From an uncultured Marinoscillum sp. (lineage in GTDB: Bacteria; Bacteroidota; Bacteroidia; Cytophagales; MED-G16), in assembly GCA_902634135.1 (NCBI GenBank), contig CACPJB010000003.1, positions 1-55,747 on the forward strand: a DNA stretch of 55,747 nt, read 5' to 3'. The notes below the pieces were generated by a model. That model was given only the letters and a program-made list of their open reading frames with translations, searched no databases and was not told where the DNA came from. A program made the translations under genes and the position numbers. Each line of letters opens with the position of its first letter. Position 1 is the first letter of the stretch. This document shows, in pieces, positions 1-8,655 of this stretch.

Positions 1-227
1 TCATCAGTAACACCATCTCCGTCCGTATCTACTTGAGAAGCGGAACATCCATTCTCATCAACACTTTCTCCTTCAGTAGTATTGGGACATTGGTCTTTGT
101 CATCGGCTACTCCATCACTATCAGAGTCAAGTTGTGACAATGCACAGCCCTCTGAGTTTACCGTTACTCCTGTTGGAGTATTAGAGCACTTATCAAGAGC
201 ATCCGCTACGCCATCCTTATCAGAATC
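1..227 (-). repeat. 33-aa (99-bp period) TSP3-like repeats DxDxDGVxDxxDxCxNTxxGxxVxxxGC
   Basis: DSDKDGVADALDKCSNTPTGVTVNSEGCALSQL / DSDSDGVADDKDQCPNTTEGESVDENGCSASQV / DTDGDGVTD... Confidence 0.85.
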
Positions 228-515
228 TATTAACTCAAATTCAGCTGTAATTGTAGTATTAGAAATTATCTTAAATGTAAGTGGATTTGCTGTTCCACTT
301 CCTGTACCTGTCCACTGCTTAAAAGAATAATTTTCTGTGGGTGTTGCAGATATCGTAACACTACTCCCCTCATCATATGAGCCAGAGGCAGGATCTACTG
401 TTCCAGCACCTGCTGGAGTAACTTTAGTTGTGAGAGTATAAGTTATTGGAGGAACTTCCTCTTCACAAGAAATCAATAAAAAAGATAATATAAATAAGTA
501 GTATAGATTTTTCAT
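1..515 (-). CDS. Surface lipoprotein with InlB B-repeat-like domain and thrombospondin type-3 (TSP3)-like Ca-binding repeats; 3' end runs off the window
   Basis: Not in the ORF track. My translation from ATG 515: MKNLYYLFILSFLLISCEEEVPPITYTLTTKVTPAGAGTVDPASGSYDEGSSVTISATPTENYSFKQWTG...DSDKDGVADALDKC...; lipobox LISC followed by acidic EEE; open to base 1. Confidence 0.85.
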   Translation of the reverse strand, partial: MKNLYYLFILSFLLISCEEEVPPITYTLTTKVTPAGAGTVDPASGSYDEGSSVTISATPTENYSFKQWTGTGSGTANPLTFKIISNTTITAEFELIDSDKDGVADALDKCSNTPTGVTVNSEGCALSQLDSDSDGVADDKDQCPNTTEGESVDENGCSASQVDTDGDGVTD

Positions 516-538
516 ATATATTTTAACATAATTACCTT

Positions 539-546
539 CAAATATA
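539..546 (-). promoter_or_regulatory. Bacteroidota sigma-70 -7 box (TANNTTTG) for the TSP3 lipoprotein
   Basis: CAAATATA on + is TATATTTG on -, 23 nt upstream of ATG 515. Confidence 0.5.
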
Positions 547-599
547 AACCCATAAAAACTAAAAAGCAGTGATGTAAACCCTATTTTTTTTATCCTTTT

Positions 600-1979
600 C
601 TATCTCTTTAATACCACTACGTCATCCAGAAAGAAACTTGGTAAAAGAGGTTCTGCTTGTGGTTTGTAGAATACTACTCTAGCTTTAGTAACACCTTCAG
701 GCACAGTAAATTCAATATTATTTTCTGTCCATACGTCAGTTTTAGGAACTGCATACTCAACAAACTTCACCTTATTACCGACCTCATCTCTAATTACAGC
801 ATTAAAGGTATTTGTTGGTTGAATTTTCCATCTGTGAAAAAACTTAAACTCATAATTTTCTCCGGGCTCTAGATCAATTAATTGAAATATTGATCCGTCA
901 TGAGGATCTATTCTTGCAAGATAGTTTCCTGTATTCGGTTCTTGTGCAGCAGACGAAATAACTGCATTTTTAAATCCAGCCCAAGGTTCAATTTCTCCAG
1001 TTTCAAATGTTCCGTTTTCAAGTAAATTTCCCTCTACCTCTGTTACAACTTCAACAACCGGGTCAGATCCGGGACCGCTAGATAAATTTGGTTTGTAATT
1101 GGCATAGTATTCACCAAGCTCAGTCAAGTTATCTTCCTCGTCATATAATACAGATGATGCTAACCTCGGATAGTTAGGCGAGTTTTTTGTTCCAGTAAAC
1201 CAAGCGAACCTCTTCACATAATTTCTTTTATAGAGCTCAGGCAATAGTGTTCTCATAGTTCCTAAGACCTCCGATATAGTATATTTATTATCTTCAGCAG
1301 ATTGAGCACCGTCATCAACTACTGACATCTCAGTAATCCAGATAGGTTTATTATATTTTTGAAAAACATTATCTACGACATCAAGAAAAAGATTTGGGTT
1401 GTTACTCCTATAAATATGAAGGCACACAAAATCTACTCTTAAATTCTCCTCTTCAGCTCTTGCCATAAATTCATCCAGCCATCCATTTTCAAAACCCGCA
1501 GGAGCAGGGCTACCTAGAGGAACACCAATCTCTTCTAATTTCGGCCATAAAGCTATTGCCTCGTCAACCGTTAAATTTGATTGAGACTCAAGGTCAGGCT
1601 CATTAAACCCTAAAACATTTTTCACCACACCAGCACTTACTAGCTGCTTAATTTTATTTACTTCAACGTCATTTACACTGCCAGACCCCCAAAACATGGG
1701 AACAAATTCAACGCTATCAGGAATTTCATCTCTAAAATCTCTATTCCATGAGTAATGCCAGAACGGTTTTAATCTACCAATTCGAGTAGACCAGGTCGTC
1801 TCCTTATAGGCCATTCCTATGCCCTTTTTTGTTTCTAAATCCTGATTAGCACCAATATCAGAAGCAGGAGGCGCATTTTTAGATCTTTCTAATCTTGTTA
1901 TATCTAACTCATCTGTACAATTAAACGTAAGGATTGATATTAGCAAGAGTAAAATAAAAGTTAAATATTTTTTTTCCAT
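600..1979 (-). CDS. GH128 beta-1,3-glucanase lipoprotein with C-terminal CBM4/9-like module
   Basis: Lipobox TFNC; WHYSW, EFVPMFWG, LGFNEPD (acid/base Glu), LHIY, PIWITE (nucleophile Glu), YVKRFAWF; C-terminal NLLENGTFE...FFLDDV CBM4/9 pattern. Confidence 0.85.
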   Translation of the reverse strand: MEKKYLTFILLLLISILTFNCTDELDITRLERSKNAPPASDIGANQDLETKKGIGMAYKETTWSTRIGRLKPFWHYSWNRDFRDEIPDSVEFVPMFWGSGSVNDVEVNKIKQLVSAGVVKNVLGFNEPDLESQSNLTVDEAIALWPKLEEIGVPLGSPAPAGFENGWLDEFMARAEEENLRVDFVCLHIYRSNNPNLFLDVVDNVFQKYNKPIWITEMSVVDDGAQSAEDNKYTISEVLGTMRTLLPELYKRNYVKRFAWFTGTKNSPNYPRLASSVLYDEEDNLTELGEYYANYKPNLSSGPGSDPVVEVVTEVEGNLLENGTFETGEIEPWAGFKNAVISSAAQEPNTGNYLARIDPHDGSIFQLIDLEPGENYEFKFFHRWKIQPTNTFNAVIRDEVGNKVKFVEYAVPKTDVWTENNIEFTVPEGVTKARVVFYKPQAEPLLPSFFLDDVVVLKR

Positions 1980-1980
1980 T

Positions 1981-3717
1981 TTAGTATCCTGGGTTTTCGA
2001 TGAGTTTTGGATTATCTGCCAGTCTATTCAAGCCTAATGCATAATAATAATTTCTTTCTGGGTGTAGTCTTACTCCGCCCAAGTCACCATCTGCAATCTC
2101 AATAGTATATGTCTCTGTGTTTGCATTGAAACGATAATGAAGCCTGTGTCTTCTTTTATTATCTAACTCTTGAACAGCAATTCTCCATCTCCTCAAATCC
2201 CAAAACACATGCTCTTCAAATGCAAGCTCACATCTTCTTTCTTGTCTAATTTTCTCTTCCGTTATTTCTCCTAAAGATAGAGATGGCATACCCGCCCTAT
2301 CTCTAATTTGATTCATCACACTTACCATGTCTCCATTCGGATCGCCAAGATAATATGCGGCCTCCACGTAGTTTAATAAAATTTCTCCAAGTCTGAATAT
2401 TATATAATCTGTACTAGATCTCGTAGCATCTGGTGTATCTGGGTTTGTTCTTTTTCTAATTAATAATCCTGTTGCCATACTTCCTGTAAGCTTAGAAAGA
2501 CCACTTCTAGGCCACCCTTCTAAATTGCCTGTCATACTTCTATGAAAGAAAACGGTACCGTTTTTAAAACTAGAACCAGGGTAAAATATTGACGCTTTCA
2601 TTCTAGGATCTCTCATTCCAAAATACCAATTTGGATCGATAGGGGTATTGTCGTCATACATATCACGGTCTACCAAACCAGAGGAACCGTCAATAAAATC
2701 AAATTGTTCCAGGGTTTCCAGGTATACTGGATAATTAGAACTCCAATTAAAACCAAAACCTGCTGGTTGAGCTAGAGCATCCCACTGGTGACTTTTACCT
2801 GCTTCGTAATCGTATTTTTCACTAAATATTACTTCGGGGTTATTAATTTCATCTATAAAAAGATTGCCAAAGTTTTCTACATGATCAGGATATTTTTCAT
2901 AAAGAGAAAATATACCGGATTGCATAATTTCTTTAGATGCATTAAGAGATTCAAGATAGTATGAGGATGCCTCAATTGAAGGAAATCCTAATATTCCATT
3001 TAGTTGTTCACTGCCAAAGTTGGCAATACTTCCTGCGTAAAGCATAGCTCTACTTTTAAGAGCTAGGGCTACCCATTTTGTTATCCTTCCATCTTCAATT
3101 GGAAAAGGAGGAAGAACTTCAGATATCTCATCCATCTCCTTGGATATAAAGTCATATATTTCTTTCTCTGAGTTCCTTTCTCTATAAATTTCATCGTAGC
3201 TTCCTTGTATCGGGATCACATCTGTTATTAAAGGAACACCACCAAACCTCTTTACCATTTCAAAGTATACATGAGCTCTGATAAAACGCGCTTCAGCAAC
3301 TCTTGACTCTATAAAATCCTGTGTCAAACTATTTGATTGGGGAAGTTTTGTTATCATTTGATTACATTCTCTTACTAGTGAGTAATCGTAATAATCTAAA
3401 ATCTTACCCTGAAGGCCACTTTCGTTGTAATCTACATCTATCACTTGCGTATAAGGAATTTGCCACGATACACCATAATTTCTTGACTCTCCCCCATAAG
3501 AACTTATCAACCCCATATTTAAATTCCCATTTCCAGATTTAATATGAAATTGTGCCCTATCATATAAATCAAATAAGAAAGCATCTGCTAGACTAGGGTT
3601 ATCAAAAACTATTTGATCAGATATAATATCATTTCGAGTAAGATCAAAAGGATCATAACATCCTGAAAGGGAAATAATAATCGAAAATATTAACAGTCTG
3701 TTTTTAAAATTTTTCAT
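1981..3717 (-). CDS. susD: RagB/SusD family outer membrane lipoprotein
   Basis: Lipobox LSGC; EARFIRAHVYFEMVKRFGGVPLI, RITKWVALALKSR, FRLGEILLNYVEA, ERRCELAFEEHVFWDLRRW, C-terminal ENPGY. Confidence 0.95.
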   Translation of the reverse strand: MKNFKNRLLIFSIIISLSGCYDPFDLTRNDIISDQIVFDNPSLADAFLFDLYDRAQFHIKSGNGNLNMGLISSYGGESRNYGVSWQIPYTQVIDVDYNESGLQGKILDYYDYSLVRECNQMITKLPQSNSLTQDFIESRVAEARFIRAHVYFEMVKRFGGVPLITDVIPIQGSYDEIYRERNSEKEIYDFISKEMDEISEVLPPFPIEDGRITKWVALALKSRAMLYAGSIANFGSEQLNGILGFPSIEASSYYLESLNASKEIMQSGIFSLYEKYPDHVENFGNLFIDEINNPEVIFSEKYDYEAGKSHQWDALAQPAGFGFNWSSNYPVYLETLEQFDFIDGSSGLVDRDMYDDNTPIDPNWYFGMRDPRMKASIFYPGSSFKNGTVFFHRSMTGNLEGWPRSGLSKLTGSMATGLLIRKRTNPDTPDATRSSTDYIIFRLGEILLNYVEAAYYLGDPNGDMVSVMNQIRDRAGMPSLSLGEITEEKIRQERRCELAFEEHVFWDLRRWRIAVQELDNKRRHRLHYRFNANTETYTIEIADGDLGGVRLHPERNYYYALGLNRLADNPKLIENPGY

Positions 3718-3719
3718 AA

Positions 3720-6700
3720 TTAAAATAATACTCTTAGTCCAATGGTATAAGATCTTGTTATAGGGTATCTTCTCGTCGCTTGTGTTCCTGGATCAAATTC
3801 TGGATCGAATGTGTTTTTATAAATTCCAAGATTCGTCCATGAGATTAGATTCTCTGACGAAAGATAGATCTGAGTTGATTTTAGTCCAATCCTCTTAAAT
3901 GTTTTTTCTGGGACATTATAAGATAGATTTATATTTTTAACTCTTAGGTATCTCACATCCCTTAGCCAGAAGTCAGAAATTTTTGCATTATTACTGTTTG
4001 AAGATAAACTTGCTGCAGGAAGTGTAGCCTCTGGGTTAATATTTACATTTGGATTGTCTGGATGTGGTTGCCATGCGTATCGATAATGGTAAGCTAATGG
4101 TATTGAGCCGTTACTAAACATATTTGCAGCAGGACCATTAATATATATGCTAAATTTAGATGCTCCTTGAAACGCCGTTGATAACTGAAAGTTTTTATAT
4201 TTAATGTTTACACCCATTCCATATGTGATTTCTGGCATATTTGATGCATATCCAATAACGTCTTGATCCCTGAAATTTATTGTGTCATTTTGATCAAGGT
4301 CTTTATACTTAATATCTCCCGGTCTTAATGTTAAGTTTCCATTTCCATCTTGAATTATTGTGTGATTATTTATCTCATCTTGATTCATAAATATACCATC
4401 AGAAAGATATCCAAATCTTCTATTTACCCATTGGCCTTCTCTCCCAAAGATTCTTATATAATCAGGGTCGGTAAATTTTTCTAAATCATTTCTCACAACA
4501 AATTTTTCTTTTCCGATAGCAAAATTTGGTGCTAGATCAATTCTAAAGTCCCCAATATTTTGCTGGAAAACAGCTGATAATTCAACTCCTCTATCATCAC
4601 TAACATTAATATTAGTTAATGGTAAATTAAACCCGCCTTCCTTAGCCACTGATTTCTGATCATTGCTAAGTATATTTTCTCTTTTTCTATAAAAATAATC
4701 TAGTTCAACCTGAAGACGTCCTTGAAGAAAGGATCCTTCAAGCCCTAAATTATACATCGTAATAACTTCCCATGATAAGAATGGGTTTACCTCTCCTAAA
4801 GTTCTAATTGTATTATTTGAGATATTTTGTCCAAATAAATAAATATTTTGTGACTGATAACCTGCTAAATAGTCAAACCCATTAATACCGTTGGCAGTGT
4901 CGTCTCCCATCTGTGAGTATGATGCTCTAAGCTTTAAACTAATATTCTCACTATTTGAAAAAAAGGATTCTTCTGAAGCAATCCACCCTAATGAGAAACT
5001 TGGGAAATACCCCCATCTGTTTTTTGGAGAAAATAACACGTTCCCATCGGCTCTAAAAGTTGATTCAAAAAGATACTTGTTTTTAAACCTATAATTAAGT
5101 CTAGCAACTGCACTTTTTCTTCCTATATCTGAACCAGAAGATCCATCATTTGTCTGTTCATTCTCCGAGCCAATAAAAAGTTCAGGTATTGAGGTGGTAA
5201 ATAAATTTTTTCTGGTGGCAGAAAATCTGCTATAGCTCCTTCTTGTTTGTTCAGCGAGTAAAAGCACCTGAAGGTCATGCGAACCAACACTTTTTTTGTA
5301 CTCAGCTGAAACTAAAGGATATAACATTGTTCTTCTAAACTGTGAGTCGGATATAGAAGATACTCCATTCCCTACACCTTCAAGTGTAAAGGTTTGATCT
5401 GACGGTGAGTATCTATATACATTATAAGGGTTTCTAAAAGACTTTTCAGACCTATCAAGCACCTGAATATTCATATTAGCTCTTAACACAAGACCTTTTA
5501 CTCCAGGAATAGTATAATTAATTCCAATTTTACTTCTAAATGTATTATCAAAGCGATCATAAGTACCAAAAATATTTCTACTAGAACGCGCTAATGGATT
5601 TCTGTTTCCAGTAGTTGAACCTGAGTACGACACAAAAGGCTTTGATGGATCAGGAACAGATACTCCTTCGGGCAGGGAAGTTGGAAAAATAGGTTGAGCT
5701 GTTGAAAGGTCAATCCAAATATCAGACAAAGCATTTTTAGAAGGTCTCTCGCGAATATCTTGACGATAAGACATATCAACACCTAGACGTAAATGTTTAT
5801 TTAAATTAATATCAATATTTGATCTTACGTTATATCTCTTATAATCAAAGTCTCTTGACCTAAAAAAACTTTCCTGGTTAACGTATCCAAATGAACTAAA
5901 ATATTTTACGTTATCTGAACCCCCTGAAACATTTAAATTATATTGTTGCATCGGAGCATTGTTGTTTATAAGAGCCCCAATCCAATCTCCTCCCTCATAA
6001 CCTTCTGCTCCATTTTCATAATTCTGTACATCTTCTTCGGTAAATGTTGCATTAGCATCTGAAAAGTCATTAAGGTTTGCTTCTCTTACCAACTCAACAT
6101 ATTGTGATGGTGTTACGTGCTCAAGAAATGCAGTTGCAGATTGTGATGTATAACTTGAGTTAAATGATATTTTTGGTGCGCCTTCTTCTCCGCGTTTTGT
6201 TGTAACAAGAATAACTCCGTTACCTGCTCTTGCTCCATATACGGCTGCTGACGCATCTTTAAGTACACTTATACTAGCTATATCATTTTGGTCAACTCTT
6301 GAAAAGTCCATTTGAACACCATCTACCAAAACAAGAGGGGCTTCACTAAAACCTCTTATTCTAATTTGAGTGTTTTCTCCACCAGGTAATCCTGAGTTTT
6401 GTCTTGTCATTACTCCTGGTACCTTTCCAGCGATTAGATTAGATGTATTTGCAACGGGAACTGTTGTCAATGCTTCTTGTTTAATGGTAGCAACTGATCC
6501 TGTAATATTTATTTTTTCTTGTGACCCGTAGCCAACCACCACAACTTCCTTAAGTGTTTCAATATCTGGCGTCAATTGAACATTAATTATTGTCTGACCA
6601 TTTATAGGTATTTCTTGTCTTTCATATCCTGAAAATGAAATTACAATTATTGTATCAGAGAAGGCTTCTAAAGAAAATTCACCATTAATATCCGTTATGG

Positions 6701-6848
6701 TACCAGTTGTTGTTCCTTTTATTATAACAGTTGCTCCTGGTAAACCCTCACCGTTTTCATCAATAACACTACCATTTACTATATGATCTTGTGAAAAAGC
6801 AGACCAATGAATAAGAACTAAAATTAAAAAATTTAATATAGTTTTCAT
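3720..6848 (-). CDS. susC: SusC/RagA TonB-dependent receptor
   Basis: EVVVVGYG, ISVLKDASAAVYGARAGNGVILVTTKRG plug signature, PGDIKYKDL, C-terminal F; ATG 6848 (MKTILN signal peptide) preferred over TTG 6866. Confidence 0.96.
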   Translation of the reverse strand: MKTILNFLILVLIHWSAFSQDHIVNGSVIDENGEGLPGATVIIKGTTTGTITDINGEFSLEAFSDTIIVISFSGYERQEIPINGQTIINVQLTPDIETLKEVVVVGYGSQEKINITGSVATIKQEALTTVPVANTSNLIAGKVPGVMTRQNSGLPGGENTQIRIRGFSEAPLVLVDGVQMDFSRVDQNDIASISVLKDASAAVYGARAGNGVILVTTKRGEEGAPKISFNSSYTSQSATAFLEHVTPSQYVELVREANLNDFSDANATFTEEDVQNYENGAEGYEGGDWIGALINNNAPMQQYNLNVSGGSDNVKYFSSFGYVNQESFFRSRDFDYKRYNVRSNIDINLNKHLRLGVDMSYRQDIRERPSKNALSDIWIDLSTAQPIFPTSLPEGVSVPDPSKPFVSYSGSTTGNRNPLARSSRNIFGTYDRFDNTFRSKIGINYTIPGVKGLVLRANMNIQVLDRSEKSFRNPYNVYRYSPSDQTFTLEGVGNGVSSISDSQFRRTMLYPLVSAEYKKSVGSHDLQVLLLAEQTRRSYSRFSATRKNLFTTSIPELFIGSENEQTNDGSSGSDIGRKSAVARLNYRFKNKYLFESTFRADGNVLFSPKNRWGYFPSFSLGWIASEESFFSNSENISLKLRASYSQMGDDTANGINGFDYLAGYQSQNIYLFGQNISNNTIRTLGEVNPFLSWEVITMYNLGLEGSFLQGRLQVELDYFYRKRENILSNDQKSVAKEGGFNLPLTNINVSDDRGVELSAVFQQNIGDFRIDLAPNFAIGKEKFVVRNDLEKFTDPDYIRIFGREGQWVNRRFGYLSDGIFMNQDEINNHTIIQDGNGNLTLRPGDIKYKDLDQNDTINFRDQDVIGYASNMPEITYGMGVNIKYKNFQLSTAFQGASKFSIYINGPAANMFSNGSIPLAYHYRYAWQPHPDNPNVNINPEATLPAASLSSNSNNAKISDFWLRDVRYLRVKNINLSYNVPEKTFKRIGLKSTQIYLSSENLISWTNLGIYKNTFDPEFDPGTQATRRYPITRSYTIGLRVLF

Positions 6849-7028
6849 TACTAAATGATTTATCAAATTATTCGATAGTATAAAGTTTTTAAAAAAACTG
6901 AATCCAAATTAAATTATTTATTAATTATATTTAGATAAATTAAAACAACTATTAAATTTAACACCATTCCATGAAAAATCAAGCAGGGTAATTGTGTATT
7001 TAATTTTATAAAATAATAATCGTATTAA

Positions 7029-7622
7029 ATGTTTTTAGAAAGATCTATAAATCAAGCAAATAATATTGGATGGATAGAGGTGGTATGTGGCTCAATGTTT
7101 TCTGGTAAAACAGAGGAGCTTATCAGAAGGGTAAAAAGAGCAAAACTTGCAAAACAAAAAATCAAGATTTTTAAACCAAAACAAGATATAAGGTATAGCA
7201 AAAAAAAAGTTACTTCTCATGATAATAATTCCATAAAATCTAAACCAATTAAATCTCCATCAAAAATTCTTGAAGTCGCTGAAAAGTTTGATGTAATTGG
7301 AATTGATGAAGCTCAATTTTTTGATGATAGTATTGTTGAGGTTTGTAACAAATTAGCTAACTCAGGAAAAAGAGTTATTGTAGCTGGTTTAGATATGGAT
7401 TATAAGGGGAACCCTTTTGGTCCAATGCCAAATTTGCTTGCAATAGCCGAGTATGTAACTAAAGTTCATGCAATATGTACTAGATCAGGAAAGATGGCTT
7501 CTTATACTCATAGGATTGCAAAAAGTGATGAGCTGATTCTTTTAGGTGATACTAGAAAATATGAAGCTCTAAGTAGAAAAGAATTTATAAAAATGAAAAA
7601 AAAATCTAATGGCAAAGGTTAA
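7029..7622 (+). CDS. tdk: Thymidine kinase (TK1-type)
   Basis: GSMFSGKT Walker [26 protein letters not shown]. Confidence 0.96.
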   Translation: MFLERSINQANNIGWIEVVCGSMFSGKTEELIRRVKRAKLAKQKIKIFKPKQDIRYSKKKVTSHDNNSIKSKPIKSPSKILEVAEKFDVIGIDEAQFFDDSIVEVCNKLANSGKRVIVAGLDMDYKGNPFGPMPNLLAIAEYVTKVHAICTRSGKMASYTHRIAKSDELILLGDTRKYEALSRKEFIKMKKKSNGKG

Positions 7623-8655
7623 ATCTTATGCGGCATTACAACCAGACAAACCTCTAGATTCTTATAACATAAATAGAAGAGAAATAAATCCTGATGATGT
7701 CAACATTGATATATTATATTGCGGTGTATGTCATTCTGATATTCATATGGCAAGAAACGAATGGAATAATACTTCTATATATCCGATGGTTCCTGGTCAT
7801 GAAATAATTGGTATAGTAAAAGAAGTTGGGAATAGTGTTAAAAAAATTAAAGTTGGAGATACAGTAGGTGTTGGAGTATATGTTGATGCTTGTGAAAAAT
7901 GTAATAATTGTAATTCTGGTAAAGACCATTATTGTGAAAAAGGTATAGTGCTAACATATAACTCTTATGAGTATGGCACTAAAAATATTACTTATGGAGG
8001 GTACTCTAAAAGTATTGTAGTAAAAGAAAATTATGTTATTCAAATACCTTCTGAAATGGATCTAGCTAAAGCAGCTCCTCTCCTTTGTGCTGGTATAACT
8101 ACCTATTCACCATTAAGACATTTTAAAATTAATAATACGCATAAAGTTGGAATTGCTGGCCTAGGTGGGTTAGGTCATATGGGCTTAAAGTTTGCATCAT
8201 CCTTTGGTGCTGATGTTGTTGTTTTTAGTACTTCAGACTCAAAAAAGGAGGAGGCTTTTGAGATGGGAGCAAATCATTTTGTAAATATTAATAATGCCAG
8301 TAACGTAAGAGATCATGTAGATTCATGTGATTATATTTTAGACACTGTATCGGCAAATAGAGACATGGGGAAAGTTTTTTCTTTCTTGAAAACCGATGGG
8401 TTGATTATGTTAGTCGGTCTCCCAATGGAGCCTCTTGCTATTTCGAGTTTTTCTCTTATAGATAAAAGAAAAGGAATTGTTGGTTCTGCAATAGGAAGTA
8501 TTGCCGAAACTCAGGAAATGATTAATTATTGTCACAAAAAAAACATATACCCTGAAGTGGAACTGATACCTATATCAAAGATTAATGAAGCATTTGATAG
8601 AACAATAAATAAGGATGTTCGGTATAGGTTTGTAATAGATATGTCGACTTTATGA
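7609..8655 (+). CDS. Zn-dependent NAD(P) alcohol dehydrogenase (CAD/YahK-like)
   Basis: CGVCHSD, PGHE, CxxCxxCx7C structural Zn site, [21 protein letters not shown]. Confidence 0.93.
   Translation: MAKVKSYAALQPDKPLDSYNINRREINPDDVNIDILYCGVCHSDIHMARNEWNNTSIYPMVPGHEIIGIVKEVGNSVKKIKVGDTVGVGVYVDACEKCNNCNSGKDHYCEKGIVLTYNSYEYGTKNITYGGYSKSIVVKENYVIQIPSEMDLAKAAPLLCAGITTYSPLRHFKINNTHKVGIAGLGGLGHMGLKFASSFGADVVVFSTSDSKKEEAFEMGANHFVNINNASNVRDHVDSCDYILDTVSANRDMGKVFSFLKTDGLIMLVGLPMEPLAISSFSLIDKRKGIVGSAIGSIAETQEMINYCHKKNIYPEVELIPISKINEAFDRTINKDVRYRFVIDMSTL

Noticed and set aside
82-330. 82-aa plus-strand ORF with repeated ATPSLSES
   Set aside because: Antisense shadow of the TSP3 repeats in the real minus-strand lipoprotein
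545-581. TAAACCC direct repeat (545-551, 575-581) as a possible PUL insertion scar
   Set aside because: Only 7 bp, no matching copy seen at the other PUL end, and no integrase or tRNA nearby
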